From positions 26,226,001-26,290,000 of the forward strand of contig OZ260665.1 in NCBI GenBank assembly GCA_965285935.1: a DNA stretch of 64,000 nt. Direction: 5' to 3'. This document shows positions 34,832-47,609 of the stretch, piece by piece. A program made the translations under genes and the position numbers. The notes below the pieces were generated by a model. The model worked only from the letters and a program-made list of their open reading frames with translations. It ran no database searches and was not told the origin of the DNA. The first letter of the stretch is position 1; each line of letters opens with the position of its first letter. This DNA is from Ophelia neglecta. Lineage: Eukaryota.

Positions 34832-37800
34832 TATCAAAGACTCTTCTTGCACGTGACAAAAAAATAATATCCGCTAATACTATTCTGTTTAAATATACCT
34901 GGTTTACAAGCTGTCATCTTATTCTAACAGAGTCTATCGAATCATTCAACAATCTGTGACGTACTACATAATACAACGTTATGGGTACAACAAAGTAGGC
35001 TTTAAATTCATGGACAACGAAATTTCCCCATTAATTCATCATATAATCTGGAATATAATGCGGGCTATTCCAGCCAAATATTAAGCTAAAATGGAAATTC
35101 TTCTCCTGTGATTTTAATGATAACAAAGCCGAACATCTTTACTTCTATGTCCAGAATAAACATTAATTAAAGGAAATACGACGATCTCGCTAAAATTAAA
35201 AGGAGTCTTTGCATATAATGACTACTGGCTACACTCTTACATTACCAAATTGCCAATAGCATTTAAAGGACCCACTGTCGTCTCATAGGCTTATTAACAT
35301 ATTACAGTCTTTGACTGACATGTATTGGTGAATGGAGTCATAGCGCTAACTTGTGCCCGATATTTTTCAATGTTTTTCTTTAATGTGTAAGGATTTATCA
35401 TCATCTCCACATTTCATTTCTGCACAATCGACATTTACCGGACACTTACAGTAACCCATGTTATTAACTACAAACATCTGCTTTTATGTCTGATTATGGC
35501 CACCCCTTCATTAGGTAAATAAATTAGCAATAAGTGTCTGTTTGTGTTCGTCTTTACTCATTGATTCTAAGTAGTTTCTCCTTATTGGTCCTTGGCCTAG
35601 CCAGTAAAACGCCCCCGGCATCTAGTCTCGTATACATGAGTAATCATTCGACTGGGTTATGGTGACCTTGTTTACGTACCTGCATGCTTTAACTGTTGGT
35701 ACAACACTCGCAGGAAACATATGTTGTTTTTAGACGTCTACTTGTCCAGACGTTCGTCTGGTGGTAATGTATAGTATACATGTGCATTCCCAAAGTGTCC
35801 ATCGGGTATTGTTTTTCACAGGAGCCGACTGAAAGTGCAACAATTTTGCACAGAGATCGGTTTGAAAGCTTTACCAGAACATTAACATTAACAAATACAT
35901 CAGTTATCAATTTGCATGTATTAAACATAGCTACCAATTTTCGTTGCAATATTAGACGTAAGTACATTTTGAATATCGACAGGTTCATTTCTGGGAGCAC
36001 TGAGAGGTAATAATCGAAGTGTGCCAGCCCAAAGGAAGCTTAAGTTCATGATTTCGAGGAAAGTAGGTCATGATCCTGTTCTGGATACGCTAGGAGCACG
36101 GGTCAGTGTGTGTATGGTGTGATTTAGAACCTATATGTATTAAACCTTTTATAGAGAATGCAATGGGAGAAGAAACCCAGTCTAAATTTCATGGTTAGAG
36201 CAATAGCATGAACAGTATGAAGTCCGCTTCCTATATTATATCCTGATTTAACCTTTCAATGGCACATTCGCTTATCTATTAACATAAAGTATTGTCCTTT
36301 GGGAAGGCAAAACGATAATTTCAGGTGCCGTGTTACTCAGCCAGATTCAGCAATGTTTAGAGTATATTATAGGTTAAACAGCTGTTTTCAACACTCCTAT
36401 TCGCAATAGTTCACTCGCTGAAACAAACTCTCTCTCTCGCTCTAAAATTTGATTGCAGGAAATGTCACCACCTTAGGGACGAGCAGCATCACCTCTTTCT
36501 GTTATGCCACCAAAGCCATCGATCTCATAATATAAACTGCTCACGCCTTGCTCAGACTTAAACGTTCTTAACTCTGATTCGTCTACTTTTGATAAGCCCT
36601 TTACACCCATCTCAGTCGGGGCGTTGCCACATGTGTTGAATATATGATTTTGCTCTACAAGTCAATGAAATAATCTTACCGAAAGGCCCAAGTATTAAAT
36701 TGTCCATCGGTAAAGATTCTTCCTTTCAGACACTTTAAACGATACACACACGGACAGTAAAATGACAAGAATATAAATACAATGACAACTCAATAGCCTT
36801 CACGGACAGGAATGTGAATAAATAGACGAAATTATTTATTATCTGACAATAAATTCCTGCCTATCACATTTTGTAATTAGCTCCCAATAAGTAATTTCCT
36901 TTGAGTATTATTTTACCGTCAGCTTGTCAGTTATAATGTAGGAGTTAGGCAGGCCGGACGAATGGGTTGAAGGTTCAAGTACTAACTCTCTCGGAAGACT
37001 GCACCTGTCTCACGGTGAGCGGCGTCAATGGAATTGAAGCTGCCAGAGAATTTACCGTGGCTATTTTTTCTGTTTATATTCCTATCTTTTGTCTGTAAGC
37101 CACGGATAGTATAAAAACATATTTTGTTTCTTGGAGAACACTATTAGACACCTTGGTCATGTTTTTTTTCGTGCCTGTATTTTTACTATGAAAGCTATGA
37201 AAGGCCATGACAAGTGTCCAGTGACTATGATAACAGGACTTGGTCATTATGAACACAGTAGCCAACTGCGTATTGCATAAGAAAAAACCGTCACTTTGGA
37301 TATGAAAATGGTGGTTTTTTAATCAATTAAATCATGTTAACGCTTCGTCGGAAAACGCTATGTTCACCACATTATTGTGGATGCATACTATGTGCTCATT
37401 GGATTATGCAGAACCTACAGCAATAAAGTCATAAAATATACCTTGATAACGGAAATTGAACTAGGTCATATCATATAAGATACATATTACCATAAATGTA
37501 TCGAGGTTCAGGTACCTATGCGCCAGCATGCATATCGCATGACCAGTTATCTGATAGCTTTATTTACCAAGCATATCTCAACTAGCCAGACCTGCAGGGA
37601 GACATAGACACCTTTACGCTCAATTTTAACCCATCTTAACACTTTTTGCCAAATTTCAAGGGAGAAATTTATAATGTATGTTCTCCTGTGCATGAAGCAT
37701 CCATCATTTATTCACATGTGTTTGCTTCAAACAACAGTAATAAATGTCTGACCCATATGTTCTTTCGTTCTTTAGAAGCCGTACATGTGCAAGTTGTTGG

Positions 37801-40800
37801 CGTGTAAGGTATCTCGGTGATACTCGCCCTCAGATGTGTTTATCCTTATATGTAAGGTGGTATGCACACGTCTGATGGATCTGTACCAATGTTCTTAACG
37901 GCAACTCTTCCAGACTTAATATAACGTGAGCTATATCGTGTGGGTGCGCAGTTGTTGTCTGTTATCAAAGGGAGGGTCTCCAGAAGTTGTTTTTCAAATG
38001 CATAAAAATATTGATTATTTGCAAGTAAAACAAACATCCAAATCATATTCTTAACGTATCACTGCTCAGATCGCATTGAAAAAAAGGCATAAAGTCAATA
38101 ATACATAGACTGCTATTATATTAGAGGAAATCGCAAAACCAAATTAGTTATACTTCCATAAACGAAAATTAGTCCTACCATTCGGTATTCAAATACAATA
38201 TTTGGATCATGGTTACTCAATTTTTTCCAGCATAAATGCTTTAATTGTGTTTTCGTGCACGAGTTGTTTTGGGAAATCTTTGTATTCGCCATAAATCTTT
38301 TAAATTAAAGAAAATACCTTCCGGGCCGTTTTCTAAAAGTAAGGCAATATCGCTCTAGACAGGCAGTGGCTGGACTGAGAGCAATCTTCAGCTAAGATGT
38401 GGGGCTGTTAAAAGTGTTGTTGTAGGTGTAGTTTAGCTTGACAAAAGAGCCGCGGAGGCTGCGATGACACTCAGGCATCTTTGTAACTCATCAATCGTAC
38501 AGCTGGTGACTCGGGCTCAGCGGTGTTCATCCATAGCGGGTGTAATCTTCCATTATGCATGATTGATTAGTCCCTCGCTCCCAAAGCTTGTCTCTGAATA
38601 TTTATAGTGCTTTCATAATACGCGATTACTTGATCTATTTATTTACCAAATGGCAAGCCATCTTACACTGGTGTTCATTATAATCTTGCATTAGGCATTT
38701 CAAAACATTCTTCGGCAGATACTGCTCGTGAACGATTTTAAAATATTTCGGAAATAGTTTTATCTGAGCTTACACACTACCTTACACTCATCTGCCAGAT
38801 ATCAACCTTATATCAAAGCTTTTTACAGCAATACTAACTCTCCAAAAAGTTATTTGTCTAAACTGCCTTCGTGTACTGCATAACCTATGCGGTAAACGGT
38901 GAATGATAACACAGACGTGGTTTCAGACCAGCTGTGTTTTATACTCCTTGCATAAGCAATACTGAAGTAACTGAATCAGTGCGCCATTTCTTAGTGAAAT
39001 AATATCGTTGTCTGAAGTCATTTGCTTAGTGATTGGTTCTATGTGAAAACAATCGAGTCTTGCTAATTTACAAGCGAGTGACCTTTCCTTCTGCCCCGCT
39101 TATCACTGTCGACTCTTTCTTGTGGTATCCTGTGATTAGGCGTTTGCCGGATAAAACCTTACTGTTCATGTTCTGATTTCGGATTGGTCAAACTGATCGT
39201 AATAGATCAGCGATTCTTGCTTGTCTTCAGGGTATCTTACAATCAGAGTAGTATCATGGTTTGTAAGTAATCAACATAAGTTTTAAATGATGACATAGTG
39301 CAAACTGGAGAAGCATAAGCTCAGCTTTGTTAGATAACTTATTATTTGCCGAGATATTCCAGATGTATTAATTGCAGGGTATTTATATGAGGGATTGGTG
39401 TCTGCAGAGGATGTGTGTTCACTATGAATAGCATTTCGCTTAAAAAAAACAAGTATTTGGTTATGTTATGAACCCACCCAGAAAGGAGGACATTGCCTCA
39501 GGACAGAAACAAGACTACGTGATTCTCCGCGTCTGAACTCCAGACTCAATAGAATTTCTTTCTGATTGCCGTCTTTGTTTAGTCCCGGTGCATAAGATAA
39601 CAGTTATATATCTAAGGGGGGGGGGGGGGCATGATGGCTTGTTTTGCAGCCATCCAACATTATATTGGATCCATTGGTGCAACTGCTGAAAGAATACCCA
39701 ACACACTGGCATCAGCATATTTGGGAATATTCACATAAACAATGCCGACTGATTAGTTCTCAACTGGCAAGAAGTAAATACATTTTAACCTGGAACTCAT
39801 TGTCCGGTGCAGTATGCTGATTACACAATGAAACAATTAACTATCAATATATGTTATCGTTGTACAAATTTTAACGATGTAATTCCGCAATTGCATCATA
39901 ATTTTGTATTCTTAGCTTAGTGGTAACTGACTTGAAGTTCGTATAAAAAGAACGACCTCTGGTATAGTAATAAAATTCACGTGGTATACGTGTGAGATCT
40001 GCATGGCATGTGACATCTCAATACATTTACCCTTAACGATAAATCTCTTAGAACACGTGACAGTCCGTTACCGTGTCAGTTTGATAAATATGTGTCGCCT
40101 TTATCTATCGATCATCCTGTCTAGATTCACTTGGTGTAGTTTTGACCTCTTACTGACACCTATCGCTATTTCCTTTTACATTTGATAAAGTAACATCTGT
40201 GTTGTTAGTGATCGCAGTATTCGAGTGTTGTCTTTTAATCATTCATCTTCAATACTCTTTGCAAACAAAATATTATTGGCATAAAAACTGCCGGACATTT
40301 ATCAATTATGCTGCTTTGCGTTTCCTTTCGTAATACAACCCTTGGCATTTAATGCTTCAAACAGACACACGTTCTGGATGACATGACATTACCGCCAACC
40401 AATGAAATCATGCTGGTGACAAATATACCCGTGTTAAATGCACAAACACAATTATCTGCAAATCGGGTTCTTAAACACGTTGAAGGGTTATTAAAAGAAA
40501 ACAATGTAAATAATGTATGAATATGAGGGAAAGCCACTTTCATAAAGCCTATTTAGAGTTTTTCCCCGATGCTTTACAAGTGATTGTTTTTACCAAGGTG
40601 AAACAGCATATGAAACAGCCATAATTGAAAACGTAAAAGGGCAAATTGATATAAATATCCCATAGAATAACATTTACAAAATTGGCCATGATCATAGTTT
40701 CCGACAGGAAGTTGCTCGCTTTTACAGTAAATCTGTATTACATCACAAGGAACATATTGAAAAATCGATAGCACAAGTATCCAACTGCAGACAAAAACAT

Positions 40801-43800
40801 GATTATGCTGAATCGAGAGTCAATGGCGCAACTTTCTCGATGCGTTTCAAAATGAGACTCTTTGTCTAGTACTAGCTACCTCAAAATTGCAGAGCAGCCA
40901 ATGTTGTCACTGATGCCTCGAAGCAATACTCAATGTGTTTGCTGAATCATAACTGTTCCCACATTATGATAGAAACTAACACTTCCTATTTATCTTTAAA
41001 TTCATACTCACATGTAATAAGGGTTAATCCGGAACTTGTCCTTATATTGTATACTGCCACCAGATTTTAGACGGTAGACGCTCGTATGTGAAGGTAGTCC
41101 TTGGTTGCGCTCTGCCGGCGTCTGGGCAACAACATTATGAGATAGCTTCGCTCGTCTGTAAACCATCCGGGCTATCATTGGCGCGCCTTTCACTCGCCGC
41201 GTAGCGATAAAGTATCTATATTAAACACGCTGAAAAACATCAGTATTTTCACTGACCATCACTGCTTTGGATGCTTGTTAAGAATGCTTCATATGCCTGA
41301 GGCGCAAAATCTATTTTATGTCGTGTTAACCAGCATATATCCTGTGCCACAAAGTCAACACTCAACGTGAGATGCGCTACCGTTTTATCAAACATACCAC
41401 CATCTTAAAATCCGCACACAGCTAAAACTATATTCCAACACAAAGCACATGCTCACTAGGAAACCCATCTTAAACAACAATGCGGAACTAGGGATTGCAT
41501 TGTGATTCAAATTGAACTATATGTGATAGGAGTGGGTAAGGGTTGAGCTTCAGAATGAAATCTACGACAAGACAGTTGCACCGATATCAATCCGTCTTTG
41601 CTTCCACTATTAGTTACGACTGTTGAGTTAGAAAATATTCTCTCTTTTTGCCGATTATTGTCCAGAGTTTTGCTTCCTCTAAAACTGAGTGTCAGCAAGG
41701 TGCAGTAGGCTCCTGCGTCGTGGGGTTGATGTTAACCGTAAAAGCAAACTTCTGGTATTTGTCTTCTTGTACATCAGCGTTTCCTTTGCTGTTTTAACCA
41801 GCCTGGTATTGGCAAAAATGTCACTTCTACGTATAACGACTTTTGAACAAATATGGTACGCTTTTTATCTGTAATATACCAGTATCTAAGAGTTCCTTTT
41901 CAACAAAAAATCAATTAAATAGGCCAAAATCGGAAATTTGGGTGTGCTGTTTATTCTTTGCTGCATAAACAATTTTCTTTAACTTGTCATTTAGCTATTC
42001 ATATTAAAGCACCATTTCATTCGTCGTCGACCGATTCTTCTATTATTTTGCTAACGTGATAGAGGAGTAAGCTTCAAGGTACGAGGACAAAAATATTTAT
42101 AGACCAATCCTCATATAATTATATAAACGATCGAGGATATCTTTATTTATCTTGGATTGGTTTCATGCACGTTTGAAATTCATCAGTTACTTGCATCAAA
42201 ATGCGATGGAAAATGGCGTAGTATTTGGAAGAGTATTGTCGTATTAGAAAAAGTATAATATACTCCAGTCAATTTATGAGGCATCATTAAGATGTGCAAG
42301 AAGAAATACGGTAACAAGTAAGAGAATATAGTTGTCAAAACAAAGAGGTTTCGATTAAAAATTTTGTTTAAACATTTTTAATCATCATCGCCTTAGGATT
42401 GTTGATTCTCATTTGGGTATGTGCGGTTTATCAATTAACTGTTTCATCAATGAAAGGAATAAAAGTTTTTATAGGGAATTTGTAATATTTAGAATTCAGC
42501 TACAATATCGGCGGTTATAAACCTAAAGTCTTTTTCTTTCCTCTGTAAAACCCTCTTTGAAAGCACTGGAAATATGAAGGCTAAATGTCTGGCACTGTAA
42601 AGCGACATAACGACATGTAAGTACTTAGTACACACGAATATGAAAGTACTTAGGAGGAAGGTAATACTCAATGACAAATTATGTCGCTAAGGCCAATGGG
42701 CAGGAAAGTTGTGACAATGATGGCCTGTCCATTTGCCTTTGTTTTCTGACTGCCGTGAAGGAATCGCTTTTACCGTGCAATTACTATAAACTTGGCTCGA
42801 AATTAATCTTCTTTGCGTAATATTCGTTCCTCTTCTACATGTAACATACGCTAATCTTACCATGACCTAGCTGAACATCGCCACCTTGATTGATGAGCCG
42901 CTTGGGTTGTATAGTCAAGGAAATCCCCATCTTGAAAGTTACACCCAGATATGGGTGAGGTTGGTGCACTGTTTGTTATTCCCGGAACATGTCTCTCTCC
43001 GGATTTGAATTGATTTTGTCATTGTCTGTCGGGTTTGCACTCAGTTTGTTTGTCAGACACTGAAAGTAACAACCGCTGCAAAGTTGAAAATAGCAAATGC
43101 ATATCTAGGTATGAAACGGGAAGCACCTGTATGGAAAGACTCCAGACCTAAATGTTATTAATAATTATAGACCCGAAGAACTGTGTGAACATTGCCAACT
43201 TACTATCAACATTGTAATCACCTCTGTAAAATACATTCGTTCATACTTTTGTTTTACATCCAATCTGTCAGACATGACGTTGAAATAAGGCAAGCCTAAC
43301 CAATGGGTGAGAAGGCATGAGTTCTTACTGACTTGGTAGGATGCACCTGCCATGTACTGTGAACGACGTTAAAGCCATCGATGCTGATAGAGATTCCACT
43401 GGGATGAATCCTTATCAAAGTGTGTGATGCAGAGGTTTTCTTCCAATATTCCCTTGCATAATCGTCAAATTTCCGGATCACATTAATTGCATACAGTTTA
43501 TATCATTAAATGAATGAAACCGCTATTCTATCGACAAGGAATATAGAGTTAATGTTAAGTTATGTTACAGGGAATTTTTCGCCTGTTCAGTAGTAATTAT
43601 GTACTTTTTATATTTTTCAACAATCACCACCGTGCATAAACAGTAGTATAGTCCTTGCCGGAAATGGTTTTGGTTATATATATCATTCTAGTCATCACAA
43701 TAAACATCATCCGGGTTATGTCAACAGGGTATGTAAGTGATGTCATCAGAAAAGTGGCACAAGTGTTTTGAAAGTACTCCGGGACAAACCAATTTTAATT

Positions 43801-45225
43801 CAAAATTTGCTTTACGGTTGATGATCATATTTTTTTTCAACTAGGAGTCCTGCGTTGCATTTTTCTCTTAATTAGATCAATTGTTTCTAAAGGAAGAGTA
43901 AAAGTAATCGACCACACCTGTGATAAACCGAGTATATAATCAGCTAGTGTTAGTAATTAATTAAAGATTTAACATGATTAATTCCTTCTTCCATTCTTCG
44001 GTCACGCTCCCATGCACTGCCTTTCTTAACTATCATCTAACTGCATGGTAAATCGTTTTTCTGGTTCACGTGTAAAACAGAATACTTTGACCAAATTAGA
44101 CAGACTCGTTCGCCCCTTAATTCGCATTGATTTGAACCCCTTTAATTCCTCAGAAAATACTGACCCATGTGAGTAAATTTACCGATGATGGATACTAACT
44201 TTCATGGTTATGTTCAATAAACCTCAATAAAGCTGTTCGTAGAAAAACGTTTCCTTTATTATCCTTTATTACCTTTATTGAATGGTGCTTTTGCCTAGTG
44301 TTTAGATTGCTCCCCAAGAAGATTAGCTAACAGAGAAAAACAACCAAAAACGTACAATGAGAATTTAACTTCAGCCTCCCACAATATGTGGATGAACCAA
44401 ACAAGCATTTGCTAAAAGGAACAGACCTATATCATAGAATATCCGGAGATGCTGACAACCAAAGGTCCTACTCCATGAACGTTATTCGTAATGTAGACCG
44501 ATTCATCTTACAAGGTTCGATCAGCAGCTAATTTACTCACTAAATATGAGTTGAAATACTAAGAACTTCTTTTATTTGTCTAGTTATAATAAAGATGCTT
44601 TAAATATTATCTTATTTCATTGTACTAAGTCTTTCGCTTGTTAAAGCAAATCCGATGGATACGGATTTAAATACTGATTAGTCATCACGGAATGTAGTTG
44701 AGAAAGAAAATGTTGATTGCGCCCTCAAATCACATCTGATGTGTGGTGCTGTACACACGTATTGGACATACTTTCTTACGCCAGATTCCATTGGCATTAA
44801 CGACTTGTCCCCAGCTATTGTCAAGGTTAATCACCATCCATTTGCAAAATAGAGTGCCTAAAATGTCTGTGTTAAGCCCCTCGAATTAGTGATACAAGAC
44901 GGAGCCCAGTGAGCTGCGTCATCCCAGCACAGCATACATGGTGACCTATGTAGCAATTCATGTCGGATAAATCACTGAATTAATGGTAGATACGACAATG
45001 GCGAACGATACTTGTAGGTATGGGATTGCCCTGAATGCTTTATAGCCAACAATGTAAGTGTTTTTGCTGAATAAATCAGTATCTCCAGAGCAAATAAGTT
45101 TCAAGATGTTCATTTCATGAATAAACATGATGCATATAATTATGTAAAATATATGTGTATAAATGTATCGCGAGCAATCGCGGCATTCCAATATAAGTAT
45201 TATAATAGCTTTTTGATAATGTATT

Positions 45226-46700
45226 TCAATATTCAACTTTTTGAGTTCTGCCCTGTAAATAGCTATTAAACCATTGATGGGTTCTATTACATATTCTATA
45301 GCGTTTAAACTTTGGTAGGAGATGGCCAAAAGCTTTCGCCAGATCCCTAAAAATTCCAAATACCTGTTCTTTATCATGTTTATTGTAATTTACATTTATG
45401 AGTGCCAAATCAGTAGAAAAATTTCTCCCTAAACCCATATTGGCGTTTATGGAATATTCAATGTTCATCACGAAATTCAGTAAGACGTGTATACATAAAA
45501 CATTAATACACTATAGAGATTGAGCATAATCCAGTTGCAGGTCTATAATTGCCATCGATATTATGTGATTCCTCTTTGTGAACAGGTGAAATGATTGCTG
45601 TTTTCGGATCAAAGCTCATTAAAATTAGATGTTATGGCCCTAGGTTTAATACTATCACTAGTGTCCTCTAGTGAACCTCTCTACTTAAACTCTCAGAACC
45701 TGCCTGAATCATCAAATTTCCCTAATAATCTATTAAATATTGCTAATGTGTATTTTACTAGCCAACTTTGGCTCCACCTGTGTGATTAAATATACATAGT
45801 GATCGGCATTCTATTTTGGATTGTCAATAGTATCATTATTATCATTCAGTACATATATAAGCTATTAACTCTCTATTTCTTATTAAGAATACTGGTAATG
45901 AACCTCCAGGATTTATACAGGTCACCAATATATATTCTAAGGTAGTCTGAACGATATCGTTTCTCAGCAATGCTTAATAGATGAATTTATTTGTTATTGT
46001 TGGTTGTATATCAAATTTAGTAATTTTCCTTGTTTCCACATATACGTTTAATTCCTCTTAATCGAATTCAAAATACATTCTTATTTCCAAGGCTTCTTGT
46101 CACTCGTAATCACACTTTCCTTTATAGGAATACATTTTTCATAGCACTGTATTAATCTTTTATGGAACATACTGACGGCAATGTTAGCATTATCACGAAT
46201 TAGAACATATTCCTAAATATTCTGTAGAAGTGCCCATTGAAGTAAGTCATTAATAATCTGAGGCCTAACATAATATTTTTCAGAGCTCACTCTCCCGCGG
46301 CATTTACATGTATAACAAAGAGGATAGTAATACGAGATTTCATAAAATAAAATACCAGATTTAACAGATGAAAGTTCCGAGACATATATTAGTGAATATA
46401 TCAATGATATATCTGTCAGTGTTGCTGTGTGAGAAGTAACTCAACTAGTTCCGTTTATCAGTAGTAGGTAAGTGGATAAGAGCGTGAGTGAGTTTCAAAA
46501 TAAAAGATCAATGTTAAAGTCACCCATAAGATAACGGTAGGTATTCCCCTTGCCTATTTTGTCAAGAGTTTGTCCTCGCTCCAAGTTGAACTGGTCAATA
46601 GAGGTGTTTGGGGATCTATATAGCTCTCCGATAATAATATTTTTTACATATACCAAGATAGCTCCTTTGTGTTTCTATAAAAATAGACTCAGTGGATCCT
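45226..46700 (-). mobile_element. Decayed CR1/L2-group LINE ORF2 relic (APE endonuclease to the start of reverse transcriptase)
   Basis: Colinear motifs across frameshifts: ESIFIE...IIIGELYRSPN...YLMGDFNIDLL (~46500-46690), VTSHTATL, SGIL (endonuclease), KPW, YRP, FSTDLALI, GIFRDLAKAF and HQWFNSYLQGRTQKVEY (RT, 45226-45420). It breaks off before the YADD motif. Confidence 0.85.
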
Positions 46701-47276
46701 GAAAAAAACACTTCCAAGATCAGAGCTGGGCTGTTATTTAAAAACGTTTACCTTCAAGTCAAAGTATAGGCCTTGACTTATGATTTCCGACTCTGCAACT
46801 ATAAGATTTTTGACTTAAGCCAAAGTTCGTTGTTAAACATGACTTAAACTTGACTTATACAGCAAGTCTATAACGCGAAAGTCGACTTTCAGTTCAGTAA
46901 AGTCAATTGTTACAATGTTTGCCCGGCACTACCATAAAATGTGGCCTCTGTATTCCATTTTGTCACCTATATATGTCCAAGGTTGGGTTGCAATTGCTTA
47001 AAATAGGTCTATTCTAGTTGAATGAAGTACTTTGGTCATACATATAGATATATTAGAACTACCCTACTATTCATTCTCAAAGTGCGAGGTTATGCATGCA
47101 TGGCACAATACTAAGATCATTCTCTTTTTTTTTAGAAGGGTTGGGGGAATAAAAAATTACGGATCGTAGGCTATATCCACATGTGACAGACGGGTCGTAG
47201 ATCTCATAATGAGAACCCCTGTTTTGTCATTAACTAATTTAAGTATGCAACCGTCATCCTGCTGCAGACATGAAAG

Positions 47277-47609
47277 TTGTTGTTGTTGTTGTTTGGGGTT
47301 TTACGTGGCTTTCAACACTTATATGGTCATATCGCCACGGTGCCTACTTGTGACAATGGGCCCAATGCCCTCTTTAGAATGCTGCCTCACTGGAGTACCT
47401 GCCGTAGACACCAGACAGGAAACCCCACCCAGTCACATTAAACTGACACCGGGTTGACCAGTCCTGATACAACCCCCGAAATACCGGGCGCCTGGCGGAG
47501 GAGCTATCAGTACCAATTTTTACGTCTTGGGTTTGACGCAATCGGAATTCGAACCCCGATCTACCACTTGCGAGGCGGACACCCTAACTACTCGGCCACG
47601 CTTTGGAGG
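47277..47609 (-). mobile_element. Full-length tRNA-derived SINE with a perfect 14-bp TSD
   Basis: On the minus strand: box A-like gtggccgagtagttagg (47582-47599), box B ggttcgaattcc (~47544-47555), a central body, and a 3' tail gttgaaagccacgtaaaacccca(aac)n. TSD tgcagacatgaaag at 47263-47276 and 47610-47623. Confidence 0.9.

Noticed and set aside
46724-46910. Cluster of TGACTT/AAGTCA motifs abutting the LINE relic, possibly one arm of a MITE
   Set aside because: No matching second TIR or TSD was found.
47540-47609. tRNA gene
   Set aside because: It is the tRNA-derived head of the SINE; there is no acceptor stem and it continues into SINE body and tail.
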